DNA from: Asterionella formosa
Lineage: Eukaryota
DNA: 48,484 nt
Reading direction: 5' to 3'
Assembly: GCA_002256025.1 (NCBI GenBank)
Contig: NKIB01014007.1
Coordinates: 1 to 48,484 of the forward strand
Below, piece by piece: positions 33,205 through 43,889 of the stretch. Below the pieces are notes generated by a model that saw only the letters and a list, made by a program, of their open reading frames with translations, was not told the DNA's origin and searched no databases. The position numbers and the translations under genes were made by a program. Within the stretch, counting starts at the first letter, position 1, and each line of letters opens with the position of its first letter.

Positions 33205-35846
33205 ACTTCGCGCTTCAACAGAGACATTATCAAGACCACAACTGTCGTGGCTGGGGTACGCTTCTGCCACGATCTTTTTTCATAGCGACGGAAGAAGCCA
33301 CCTTCGTTGGTAATTGTCTTGCCAATCTCGCACGACAGTGCCCAATGCTCCTCAGCGGTGGTGGCAGCAAGAAATGCTTTCTTGGTGTTCATAATCAGTT
33401 CATAGAGACGCTCGTTACCAGGATGATTGCGGCGATAACAGTCACCTTTGCCAATCAAAACGTCCGCGTCAAGACATTCCGTATCCTTTGAAATATGCAT
33501 ACTGCTTAGACGAGAGCGGAGCTTCTGCTGGATTTCTTTATCGTAGCCTGGATACTGGACCCAGGACTGATCATCATTTTCAGCAAAGAAACGACCAGGA
33601 GGGTGAAGCATTTCCCACTCATCAATAATAGCAGAAATGGCGCTTTTGGAGCACTTCACACCGGATGCCCTATCTGTTGTCATTTGGTGACGATAGAGGG
33701 ATTCGTCACAGTGCTTGTTGAACCTTGGATTCCCGATTCCCTTGCTGCTGAACATGACATCATGCACACGCCCCATATCATCTGGTAAAGCCGTTCCCTC
33801 GGTTTGTTGAGAGAACAAATTCGCAGGCTCAATGGAAAAATGCCGATGTGCGACTTCGCCCGTCGTCCTGACAGCAACGAGCTGTAATTGTAGCGAACGG
33901 GCTGGTTTTTCCCACGAAGAATTTGACGTAACGAGGTTGATATTTGGAAGGGGAGAGTGTTCCTCCTCGTCAAGGAAGTTTCTCGATTCCCTCGTAGGAC
34001 TAATTGCAAAGTCATTCTTCGAATCCAAATGAGTAAGACTGGGAGTGGAGCGTAAGAGCTTGAGCATACTGAAAGTTCGGCTAACGGCGACTTCGTCACC
34101 GACATCCCGCCAACCCTCACCAGCAACCCCCAGAAAGCGCCCTCCAGACGACCGCGATGCCCACACGTAGTTAAGAGCGACAAGGGATAATTGAGTATCT
34201 GTGTTGGTTCGAAATTTCTTGGTCTTCTTGGAGTAATCTTCCAACCACTTGCGGCAACGGACATTTCCCACATGATGACGGACGTTGGCACGGTCATAAA
34301 GGACATCAACCTCTTGAATGTCAGAATTAGGGATGTTTTCGACTGAAACGGCAAATTGGCTATTGCGTCCTGCCTTGATAGTAAAGTGAATGCTATTCTT
34401 GTCAGTGACTCCTGCTCTTGACGACGGATGCTCCAACGCCTTAATGGAAGTCTGTTCGGCATGGAAGGCTCGTGGTGTACCGATTTCGTGGAGGATTTTC
34501 TTTTCGGCTGTAGGAGGTATCTTGTTAGACCATTGGATGGGCCGATGCCTCCAATGGTCAGGATTATATAATAGACTACAATTCTCGACTGACGAGGAGT
34601 CCTGTTGAGTACAATGAACACCAATTGATCGATGTTCATATTTGATTCGGTGTTTCATCTTTTCTTGCGAAGGTAACGGTGACTTGTGTCGTTTCCGTGA
34701 ACCTGTTGTGTGCTGTTCACCTTCTTCGTAGTATTCTTGAAACGCTTCTCCTTTGTTGGAGGCGCGAAGATTGAACCATGTCATCAATACACGATTCCGA
34801 GCTCGATCATCCCCAATATCCACCACTGACTCTCCGGTGACCGCATCTCGATCAAGAAAGCGACCGCCTTGATGACGCCATGCTTGTACCAAGAGTCTAG
34901 AACACTCCATGGGTTCCTTGACGAACAGATAATGATCTAAAACAAATCGATGAAAGAGTTCATGGAAGTGTCCTGTAACAACGTCGTTGGTACCCAGCCA
35001 TGACTCTTCTCCACGAGTGAGTGGATGAAGACAGGACAAGGGTACCACAGGGCTCCTGGGAGAGTCGTCTGAAGGAGCCACGAGATGCGGCTCATCGCGG
35101 CGCCTTGAGTCGTGATGGAAGCGCAAAAGTGTGTCAGCAGCATCATCGTACACTTGCCTCTGCTTTTCATGTTGTCGCGGACGAGGCGCAGGACTAAAAG
35201 TGCCCCACGGTTGAAAGGAGGGAGGACGGAACGATAAGGCCTTATCAACACCATCACATGTTATAGGGAGCAAGGGGAGAGCTGCGAACTCTCGTCCTTC
35301 CGCCTGCAAAGCAGAAAGCTGCGGAATCTGATGAGTTGATGCCGTAGAATCTGCATCTTGGCCGTCGTTAAAGTGGGGCTGTCCCTGCTTGATGTGACTT
35401 GCCGAAACCGGTATCATTTCGTCTGTGAGAGGAGCAGGTGGCCCAGCCTCAGAAAATTTGGAAACTCGCTCATGAGGCTTACATGGCCGCAAGAGAATCT
35501 GTTGTATGCGTTGCGCAGCTTCGTCATCGTGGAGTTCCACCGCCACCACCAACTCGTGGCAGTTTCCAGCGGGATGCTCTACAAACCGGCCGAGTTGCCC
35601 CTTCGTAAATTGCTCCACAATCATTTGTGCAAGCCGCAATCCTTTGGGAGCCGCGACAGCCATCATGTTGGAACGCATGGTGAGCAGGAATGCTGCGTTC
35701 TGCTTCCAGTCATCGTCGAAGGGATCAAGTGACAGCAAAACATCGCCAGACGGCGCTTTCGCGTCGAGCTCACAATTTGCTGGAGGAGAAGCACTTTCAT
35801 TCCCTCTGAATGGGAGATTGTGACTAACCCCACCCGTATAACTCAT
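33183..35846 (-). CDS. 887-aa protein with 4-5 DUF6824-like domains
   Basis: Repeated DV[LVM]...(HxGN)...G[GR]RF...W/D-GD pattern, best seen in DVLIGKG..NHPGNERL..GGFF and DVLYDR..HHVGN..GGRFL..WRDVGD. Confidence 0.8.
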   Translation of the reverse strand: MSYTGGVSHNLPFRGNESASPPANCELDAKAPSGDVLLSLDPFDDDWKQNAAFLLTMRSNMMAVAAPKGLRLAQMIVEQFTKGQLGRFVEHPAGNCHELVVAVELHDDEAAQRIQQILLRPCKPHERVSKFSEAGPPAPLTDEMIPVSASHIKQGQPHFNDGQDADSTASTHQIPQLSALQAEGREFAALPLLPITCDGVDKALSFRPPSFQPWGTFSPAPRPRQHEKQRQVYDDAADTLLRFHHDSRRRDEPHLVAPSDDSPRSPVVPLSCLHPLTRGEESWLGTNDVVTGHFHELFHRFVLDHYLFVKEPMECSRLLVQAWRHQGGRFLDRDAVTGESVVDIGDDRARNRVLMTWFNLRASNKGEAFQEYYEEGEQHTTGSRKRHKSPLPSQEKMKHRIKYEHRSIGVHCTQQDSSSVENCSLLYNPDHWRHRPIQWSNKIPPTAEKKILHEIGTPRAFHAEQTSIKALEHPSSRAGVTDKNSIHFTIKAGRNSQFAVSVENIPNSDIQEVDVLYDRANVRHHVGNVRCRKWLEDYSKKTKKFRTNTDTQLSLVALNYVWASRSSGGRFLGVAGEGWRDVGDEVAVSRTFSMLKLLRSTPSLTHLDSKNDFAISPTRESRNFLDEEEHSPLPNINLVTSNSSWEKPARSLQLQLVAVRTTGEVAHRHFSIEPANLFSQQTEGTALPDDMGRVHDVMFSSKGIGNPRFNKHCDESLYRHQMTTDRASGVKCSKSAISAIIDEWEMLHPPGRFFAENDDQSWVQYPGYDKEIQQKLRSRLSSMHISKDTECLDADVLIGKGDCYRRNHPGNERLYELIMNTKKAFLAATTAEEHWALSCEIGKTITNEGGFFRRYEKRSWQKRTPATTVVVLIMSLLKREVDMFDEV

Positions 35847-36216
35847 TGTTTTGTTGAATACTTTAACTTTTGCTTTTGCGATAGTGAAGAATTAAAAGTG
35901 TCCGAAGAAAGGATTCTTGCATCTATTATACAACGATAAAATGAAACTGTTTAGCATTCCGGTGTACCTGGTAAAGAGGTGTGGTCGAGCAACCAGGTTA
36001 AGTATTTCTACATCCATTGCTACAGGAATATCAGTATTGATTTGTGTTGACAACGCATGTTTCTTATTCGTGCATCTGAAAAATGTGTATGGATTTCAAG
36101 TACGTACCACCGTCAAAAAAAGGTTCAGAGTGAAGGGAATCAAGCAGTATTTTTAGAAGTACTAATAGATTTGTCCATAGTAAATATAATGATGAAAGTG
36201 TGGCATAGTTTTGAAA

Positions 36217-37221
36217 CTACGGATAACCAACCAAAGCAGCGTTTGGGATAACTTCATTCCCACGTTCCGGTCGAGATCTCTGCTCCGGCTCCGCTCGTCC
36301 ATATTTGCTTCGAAGGGCAAGGTAGTGCGAGAAATCGCGTGGTGGCCGGGTGCGAATGACTCGAGGTGATTCAGGGCTACTAGAAGGAGCAGTAGTGATG
36401 GGTGCCGAGGTCGGTTTCCTTGTTGGAGCAGCTGTAGAACACAGAGCGGTAGCATAAGCACTAATCTCGCACAATGTTTGTTCGATCCAACCTTGATAAT
36501 AACTAACTCTTGTATAAATACCTGGGAAATTCTCAAGGGCACATCCTATCCCCATACTGGTAATTCCAACGATTGCACCTGCACTATTCAATAGCGGCCC
36601 ACCACTGTCACCTTGACAGGTGTCCTTGCCAGCTGTTCCGGCGCACAATTGCAGGGCAGGATCTATTTCGCCGTTGTAACTGTTGGAGTCATTGCAATCA
36701 TTACTGGCCACAACAGGAATGTCTACTTGTTGCAACACATCCGGTGACGGCTTATCACTGGTTGCCCCATACCCAATCGCCTTGACTATTTCGCCGGTCA
36801 TGGGTGATGTCGATGAGAGGGAAGCCACATCAAACGTTTCAATAGGAAAGTCTAGTTTCAATAGCAAAATATCATTCAGATGCGTGTCTGTTGACCATTC
36901 TGGATGAGCAATCATCTGCGATACAAATCTGGATTCTTCATTGCCCAATAACGGCGTGGAGCGAAAGTTCACAATAGCTCGAATGCTATCCACTTTATCG
37001 GGATCCCAGCAATGAGCTGCAGTCAAAATGACATCCGGTTGGATAAGGGATCCTCCACACATCGCAGTTCCGTCAGTACTTCTGATCAACAATACACTAA
37101 ACCAAGGGTAGTTGCCTGCTGTGGATCCACCGATAATACGAGGCTGAAAGATGTTGCCTCCTTCACTTTTGGTCGATTCTAAAGACAAGAGGATAGTCGT
37201 GATAAGTAGGAGTCGTCCCAT
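36217..37221 (-). CDS. Secreted trypsin-like serine protease (S1A) with a Pro/Thr/Ser-rich tail
   Basis: Probable ATG at 37221 (signal peptide MGRLLLITTILLSL). R-IIGG activation site, LTAAHC, NDILLL, DTCQGDSGGP (Asp in the S1 pocket). Confidence 0.93.
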   Translation of the reverse strand: MGRLLLITTILLSLESTKSEGGNIFQPRIIGGSTAGNYPWFSVLLIRSTDGTAMCGGSLIQPDVILTAAHCWDPDKVDSIRAIVNFRSTPLLGNEESRFVSQMIAHPEWSTDTHLNDILLLKLDFPIETFDVASLSSTSPMTGEIVKAIGYGATSDKPSPDVLQQVDIPVVASNDCNDSNSYNGEIDPALQLCAGTAGKDTCQGDSGGPLLNSAGAIVGITSMGIGCALENFPGIYTRVSYYQGWIEQTLCEISAYATALCSTAAPTRKPTSAPITTAPSSSPESPRVIRTRPPRDFSHYLALRSKYGRAEPEQRSRPERGNEVIPNAALVGYP

Positions 37222-38414
37222 TTGTTTATGTGCAGCTGACTCTTTTAAGGGAGAAGGAGAAAGAAACAGGGACAGAAGCTTTAAAAAGCAAAACTGCATC
37301 ATAACCACCATATTTCATCGAGTCTTTGTCAAACAAACCGATTGTATATAGCATATGTAAATGTCCATTTATTTCTATAATCCACACTACCTGTAATATT
37401 ACGAACAGAACCCCTATAGTTACCATAAAAAGGCAGTATCGCTGGCTCGTCGATATATTAAGTTTGGTAATTTAGATGGAACAAAATTTCCTTCTCCAAT
37501 TGATATTGCCCTTAGTTCCAACCTTGTCTGTACAATGAATTATTTCATCTCGTAGAATAGACAGTTAGCCATTTCGACATGTAGGTATCTGTTTTACTTA
37601 TAACGTTTATTATAGTTATTTGTAGATACAGGTGGTCGTGTTCCTCCCATAGGACATTCCTATTCCCGAATTCGTCGACCGTCAATGCATGCACATTCAT
37701 ATATGAATGAGTAACAGTTGTAGTCAACCTAATTTATCGATATATGTCAGAGTACAAATAAAATGTGTGCAGTGGGTACATGTATGTGTCTCATACCGGA
37801 AACCCAGGGTAATGTACTGGAAAACGTGGGGTAGGAGTACATTTTACGCAGTGAAAACGCCCCGACGTGTAGGGCAGACCACGTACTTGTGAGTGAAAGT
37901 CTCACAATACTTTGCACAGCTGATTGGGGCGGGGACAGCGGACGCCATGACACTCAAGGATGGCAGGGTGCCTCAAGACCACTCCCGAACAAGTGAATTG
38001 GTTGATGGAGTTAGAATCCTCCCGTAATGCCTCCCAAAGCACCCCACAGCATGGATGGGCCAGGTGGGCAAAGCAGTCAGATAAGTTTTCTCCTGGCGCC
38101 TCCGAACAGCAAAAAAATGTAGTGATGAACCGGTATTTTATAGCTGTGTAGAATAGCATTTGTATAACGGTATCCGGTGTTATAGCCTACCATACAGGAA
38201 GTCATTTTGACTCATTGTGATATCTTACACATATAAATTACATTTGATGCATGCTCAATCTTGTCACTTCTTTCTGGTAGCTTTCTAGCTAGTAAGCTTA
38301 CTATTGCATGGAGTAGATCATTGTCAAAGATACCTGTACCCCAACAAAACCTACCAATGGATATTCAAGATCTCAGCAACATATATCTTCATACCACAAA
38401 CTACTGCTGAATAA

Positions 38415-38880
38415 ATGGCAAGAAAGCTCCGTATTGCTTCCAGACGTCATAAGGATGCTGACTCAGCTGCCTTCACTCCACAACCAGCTGACAACCATCA
38501 CCAAGAAGGCGAATCGGAAAACAGTCTTCCGTTCGTCATTGAAACTGCTATCGATGCTGATGCCGAAGAAAAGACCCATTTTCTGTGGTGGTTTGCTTAT
38601 TCTTAGCTGCTGGCGTTACTGCTTGTGGTGCTGTTGTGTTTACCCATCTGAACACTACTACTCCTACATCATCAATTCTTCCTACTGAAGTTCCATCGCC
38701 AAGTCCTTATATAAGCTTGCCAGCATTCTTGACTGAAAAATCATTTGATGGAAGAAGTCACTTTTTACTACTGGCTTACTTGTCACATTAGCGGGCAATG
38801 ACATGGGTGGAAACATCTCTTTCTAATATTGCCATGGACTGCACTTGTTGCATTTCTATGAATTGGGGGAGCACAGATTT
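38415..38880 (+). pseudogene. Frameshifted remnant of a type-II membrane protein (resembles the N-terminus of diatom LRR receptor-like proteins)
   Basis: Acidic N-terminus, frameshift at ~38585 into a TM segment VVCLFLAAGVTACGAVVF, then a PT/PS stalk, SFDG, a stop, and RAMTW. Confidence 0.4.
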
Positions 38881-39449
38881 AGTACTGTTTTGACATCCTT
38901 TAAATTTGTTCATGTCTTTTAATACTGGCATCATGCTTATAACAAAAAAATAATTTATGATAGTGGCACTATTAACATCAGCCAATTTACTTCAAGTGTT
39001 GATTTTTACATCTTCACATTGATTGAAAGTCAAAAATAGCTATTTGACTATTTTCTCCCATTTGTACACTCTTGCAAGACTATTTGTCATACTATTTTGG
39101 TTTGTGGCTGCTGGAACTAGCAGGTGCACTTTTCTTAAGGAACAAGAGGATGATAAAAGGTCATTCAAGGACCTTCCCTCCAGTTGAATTGTGATTGGGA
39201 TAAAACGAAACTAGGGTGAGAAAGTGTGAACAGTGTCAAGCCACAGTATAAATGAAACGCAAATTTCTTCAAGGACATGTAATGACACCCCATTCAAATA
39301 GTCATTTATGTAACAAGTTCTCCAATATCCATGGCAATCCATGAGGCCAGTTACTGCAAGTAGTTCAAAGCATAATATCAAGACAAAGCATAGTCACTTC
39401 ACATGAACAAAGAGAGCAAATCCCTCAATAATTTCTCCTGCATCCAAAC

Positions 39450-40646
39450 TCATTTTATCCCTTCCAACTTTTCAAACACAAATACCAGTTGACTTAGTCG
39501 GGTTTTGCCAGTAGTGTTATCTTCCAACAGCTCCATTTTATTATGCAAATCACTGTCGACCTGTATCCAATTTGCAGCTAGAAGAGGCCATCGCACTGCA
39601 CCATAAATACGGTGTGCATTCATTACCACACAGTCTCTCCCCGTTGGTAGGCCCAACACAAGTGCTCCTCCAGGCCTTGTTACACACCAACTTCGAGCAA
39701 CTGCCAACAAGTCTCCCCAGGGATTCAACGCATCGCCATACCTACCCAATCCCGAATGCTCTAGAGATGAAAACGAAGTGATGGTGTCAAAGAACCCCAA
39801 ATTTCCACGCATGTATTCTTGGCGGAACTCGTTTGGTGTCATAGTTTTGATCTTGGGGTGAGTGGATACAATTTTCCCATATTCTAATGTCACAACTTCC
39901 TTGGCTCCAAGCAGGAGGCATATGGCTTCCAACCAAGGCCTTTCAGAGCCTATCACCAGTACACGGCTTCCATGGATCTTGCCAGTAGCATTCAAATGGT
40001 GAAGCACCTGGTTGGTTTGATGAAATCCATATGATCCCCCGTGTTTACCATTCTTGAGTTCCATAATAATTGTTTCGATTTTCTCCTCATCCCAATGATT
40101 CTCGAGGGCATTTTTTCCTAAATATATGTTTGAAAATCGCTTCAAATGAGAAACTTCAACTGCTCCATTCAGAGAATACAAATAGTGAAGTTGGTCGGGC
40201 AATGGATATGGAACCGAGTTCTCACTTGTATCGATATCTTCTGAGGCCATGATCGCTTGGCAGTTCACTCGTGCTCTCACATGTGGAAGCAAGGTCTTGT
40301 TGCCAACAATTGTGATAGCAGCAAGTTTTTCCATTGAATCAACGTCACAAAGTGGTCCGCATATCTTCCTGATGCGTTCAAGGCGAGGGAAAATCTCATC
40401 CTTCAGCAACGCTTCGAACCCATGTTCCTTGGAATTATTAGGAATGTTGATTGCCTCACCCTCCGATTCTTTTATAAATTGCCCATTTGGGGCGCTTGTT
40501 TTAAAGTTATCGGGCTCTGTAGTGGTGATTTCCGTGTCGTGTAGGTTGAAGAGTGTCCGAGATTGAAAATAGAGCAGCAAAGCCATGAATGTGAGACTCA
40601 AAAGGGCGTAGAGTCGCTTTGTTGAGAACAACAATGCAAATGACAT
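39450..40646 (-). CDS. DUF268-like SAM-dependent methyltransferase-fold protein, type-II membrane anchored
   Basis: 398 aa. N-terminal TM; VLVIGSERPWLEA, TLEY, SFSSLEHSGLGRYGD..NPWGDL, PGG, NAHRIYG. Confidence 0.85.
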   Translation of the reverse strand: MSFALLFSTKRLYALLSLTFMALLLYFQSRTLFNLHDTEITTTEPDNFKTSAPNGQFIKESEGEAINIPNNSKEHGFEALLKDEIFPRLERIRKICGPLCDVDSMEKLAAITIVGNKTLLPHVRARVNCQAIMASEDIDTSENSVPYPLPDQLHYLYSLNGAVEVSHLKRFSNIYLGKNALENHWDEEKIETIIMELKNGKHGGSYGFHQTNQVLHHLNATGKIHGSRVLVIGSERPWLEAICLLLGAKEVVTLEYGKIVSTHPKIKTMTPNEFRQEYMRGNLGFFDTITSFSSLEHSGLGRYGDALNPWGDLLAVARSWCVTRPGGALVLGLPTGRDCVVMNAHRIYGAVRWPLLAANWIQVDSDLHNKMELLEDNTTGKTRLSQLVFVFEKLEGIK

Positions 40647-40915
40647 CCTAAATTTAGCTGGTGCAATGTATCATATCAAGGGACTGCGATTTGAATACCG
40701 GTAATGTAAATTGGAATTTCTCTACAAAACCGCGAACATGGGACGAAATCCTTGGCTCATATCGCTGAATGAAACTGGACCACGGACACGATGGCGGTGG
40801 TGATGGCTGTATGTACCATTCCAATACTTTTCATGCTCAGCAATGAATACTGTAATCCAGGTACCGGTACATATCGTTGTGTTGGTTACTAGCAGGTACT
40901 CGAGCACGGTACCTC

Positions 40916-40996
40916 CAAGTTGAGGTTATTTTGCTAAAACTAAAGGTTTAGCTATCTTTATCCCAGATTAAAATGTTAGTTACAACCAAAAAGAAC
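40916..40996 (+). mobile_element. Diverged copy of the ~90-bp MITE-like element
   Basis: CAAGTTGAGGTTATTTTGCTAAAACTAAAGGTTTAGCTATCTTTATCC aligns with 13464-13510. Confidence 0.65.
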
Positions 40997-41834
40997 ATCA
41001 TAGGTATCAATGTACCATGATACCAATTTTCAGTACAGGTACAGGGTTGCTTATTGTAAAGTTTCAACTACTACCAGTATTCTAGAGAAAATTTTGCTTT
41101 GATATTGCTTATTTTTACAAAACTGGTGTCAAGCCAAAACTGTCCTCCACTTGGGAACAAGCCCAGTCCAAATCTGTTGCACGAAAGCTTCATTATTTTA
41201 GCAATGCAGCTTCCTGAAATTGCCGACAATGTCCCTCTAGAAGCAGCGATGCACATGGAGGCCAAATTTGGCTAAAAAAGGCTCATCAAGGCCATTTCTG
41301 TCCCCCCATCGATGCCTCAAAGGCAACATTAAAGGAGATGATGCAATGGAACAGGGCATGCCCACAGTCAGAATGCTTGCCTTTAATCTCAAAAGGGTCC
41401 ACTAAGGACTCAACACAATAAACCCTTATTGCCCTCCCAAAGCGTATCAATCACTTTCTTCTGTCCGAAGCTATTCTTGTGTATCGCAGAGTGACCCCTG
41501 TCGCTCAACATGCAAGACTTGTTGGTTCCTGGATCAATTCGTTTGTTGATTTCGTCAATTCAAAATCAAGCTTTTAGCAACCTCCAAAGTTCCCCTAACC
41601 AGCTGCAGAGTATTCCAATATTGTAGTCCACTGTTGCTGTTGGAAATCCTAGGAAAAAGTTAAACAAATGTTGGAATTATGCGAAATGCGTTAGCATTGC
41701 AGTGCCTAGTAGTATTTTTTTAAGACTACAAATGTAGTGGCACCCTTGCCAAGTCGCATCAACCGGGAGTGCTCCTTCACCAAACCATCGATAAGTCCAC
41801 AAAAATATGAATGCCGTGCATACGGAGCAACATT

Positions 41835-43889
41835 CTATCTGCCTCCACCGAAGCGCCCTCCATTCACTCCCCCACCACCCATGGCAGAGTAACCTTGTTG
41901 TTCTCGCATGGCCGCTTCATGCATCAAACGTCGCTCAATCCGAATCCGTGTTGCCGCTTCTCCCTCTTCACGAAGCATGAATTCCGATCGGTCCGCCATA
42001 TGTTGGGGATACATGCCCCCCGATCCATTTCCCATGAACGACCCTTGTCCAGGACCACCAAAAAAGGCCATGCGATCATGGCGGACTTGGCGATCTTGCA
42101 TGGCATGTCGTTCGGCCAGCATTTGGAGGTGCCGATGATCCATCTCATTTCCACCACTGCGACCAATGCCACCAAGGCCGTCACGGGCGTGAAAAAGACG
42201 ATCAGCACCACCACCACCATGGAGGGCCTGCCCTTGATGTTCTCGAGCAAAAAAAGCCGCACGACGATTGTCTCCATCACTATTGCCAATTGAACCACCA
42301 CCTTGCTGTTCTCGTAACATGCGTTCCATTATGAGTTGTTGTTCCAGACGTTGTTCGCGAACTGCCGTAGCTTCTTGACGCAAGAGCGCTTCTCGGATGG
42401 CAAATTCACGTTCGGAACCACCAGCGCCGCTGCCTAACCCAATATGACGTTCCAACAACAAGTTTTCGACTTCAAGAGATTGGAGTGTGTCACCACTATG
42501 CAACCCAGCGAAGCGACCCCCGAGGCCGCCCATGCCTCCACCCATTGCATTTCCCATACCTCCGCCCATTGCATTGCTGCCCATTATACTTCCCATGCCT
42601 CCTCCCATTGCACTGCTACCAATATTACCTCCAATTTCACTTCCCATTGCACTGCTACTCAAACTGCCAGCTCCAATAGCTGCAAAATTGGGCGGTGCAC
42701 CATCTTGAAAACGTCGTGCCAATTCTCGGTAACGAATCAGGTGTGAAAAGTCTTGTTCTACTTTTTTCCCGCCACTCATACCCCGACACAGTTCAGGAAA
42801 ATCGCGTTTGAACAAGTGATGTGAATAAGCAAAGGCGTTGTCAGGAATCCCTTCCCCCGCAATTCGTTTGAAACCCCAACGATTCAATTTGCGTGTAAAG
42901 GATTCAAACTTGGTACCTTCAAAGTGCAAAGGTAAAATGTTTTTCATAAATAGAATTTGATGAAGTGCGAAAGCGCTGCCGACTTGGATCCAACACATTG
43001 CGCTCTGAGCGTCTTCACTATTGAGGAGTTCCATAAGTTTTTCGGGAAAGGTCAATCGGCGTCCGGACGTAGGTCGAGCAGATTTCGACGATGGAACTTC
43101 GTCGGCTTCTCTAGTACTGGAAGTTGTACCATGATTAGCAGTCGCAACCTCTTGTGACAGTTCCGTGATGGCGCTATTTGTATCTGGACGTGGAGCTATT
43201 TCGACTTGTGTGATGAATTCTTTTTTCTCTGTATTCTTCCTGGATTCTTTCTCCTTTTCTTTTTCTTCGTCATTTTCCTCGTCCTGGGAGTCAACTCCTT
43301 CCTCGTTTACTGAAAAAGGTTTTTCAGTGTTTCTCTCTTCCTCATCCTTCATATCGTTGTTCAACTGCGGTGAGTCGCAAGTTGGTTCATCGTTGTTCGC
43401 AGGGACATTATCCTTGTTTTGGGCTGTTGCTGCCGCTGCAGAGATATCAAGGCGATTCGTATCGCTGTCATTGGATTGTTTGGAATCGACGGACCGTGCC
43501 TTCTTTCGTGCAGGTTCGCTTGTTTCCCCTGCCTCGTTCTGTGTTCCATTGTCGACGTCCATTACTTTTTCTGTTACTGCTACATCTTCCTTTTTTTCTT
43601 CGTATAGTGTTGTTGCTTTACTCTCGTCTTCTTCGTTCGTCTTGCCTTCTTCAGCTGTCCCTATTGCATCTACTTCTTTACCTCCTGTTACTTCAACTTG
43701 TGGGTCTGTGGTTGTGTGATCGCCTCCTCCGTTTTCGTCGGCTCTTGCTGTTTCTGATTCTTCTTCTCTTGCTTCTTTTGTTGCATCGTCTGATGATTCC
43801 GCTGCTTTCGTCATGTTCGTTCCTTCTTCTTTTTCTGATTCAGACTCTGCGGCGACAACATCATTGTCCATCGTTCGTTCCAATGTCAT
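41835..43889 (-). CDS. Heat shock factor (HSF-type DNA-binding domain) transcription factor
   Basis: First ATG at 43889. TFPEKLMELL..W..G.AF..ILPLHF..TKFESFTRKLNRWGFKR..HHLFKRD. Acidic N-terminus and Gly/Met-rich C-terminus. Probable 68-nt leader intron at 43971-43904. Confidence 0.93.
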   Translation of the reverse strand: MTLERTMDNDVVAAESESEKEEGTNMTKAAESSDDATKEAREEESETARADENGGGDHTTTDPQVEVTGGKEVDAIGTAEEGKTNEEDESKATTLYEEKKEDVAVTEKVMDVDNGTQNEAGETSEPARKKARSVDSKQSNDSDTNRLDISAAAATAQNKDNVPANNDEPTCDSPQLNNDMKDEEERNTEKPFSVNEEGVDSQDEENDEEKEKEKESRKNTEKKEFITQVEIAPRPDTNSAITELSQEVATANHGTTSSTREADEVPSSKSARPTSGRRLTFPEKLMELLNSEDAQSAMCWIQVGSAFALHQILFMKNILPLHFEGTKFESFTRKLNRWGFKRIAGEGIPDNAFAYSHHLFKRDFPELCRGMSGGKKVEQDFSHLIRYRELARRFQDGAPPNFAAIGAGSLSSSAMGSEIGGNIGSSAMGGGMGSIMGSNAMGGGMGNAMGGGMGGLGGRFAGLHSGDTLQSLEVENLLLERHIGLGSGAGGSEREFAIREALLRQEATAVREQRLEQQLIMERMLREQQGGGSIGNSDGDNRRAAFFAREHQGQALHGGGGADRLFHARDGLGGIGRSGGNEMDHRHLQMLAERHAMQDRQVRHDRMAFFGGPGQGSFMGNGSGGMYPQHMADRSEFMLREEGEAATRIRIERRLMHEAAMREQQGYSAMGGGGVNGGRFGGGR

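Noticed and set aside
33680..34639. 319-aa alternative-frame ORF inside the DUF6824-like gene
   Set aside because: It fully overlaps the real CDS on the same strand and has no recognisable motifs, so it is most likely a shadow frame.
37880..37960. Hammerhead ribozyme or RNase MRP core
   Set aside because: GAAAGTC is present, but the CTGANGA core and the complementary CR-V strand are absent.
41100..41480. Coding remnant between the DUF268-like and HSF genes
   Set aside because: Composition looks coding-like, but all frames are interrupted and no family motif was recognised.
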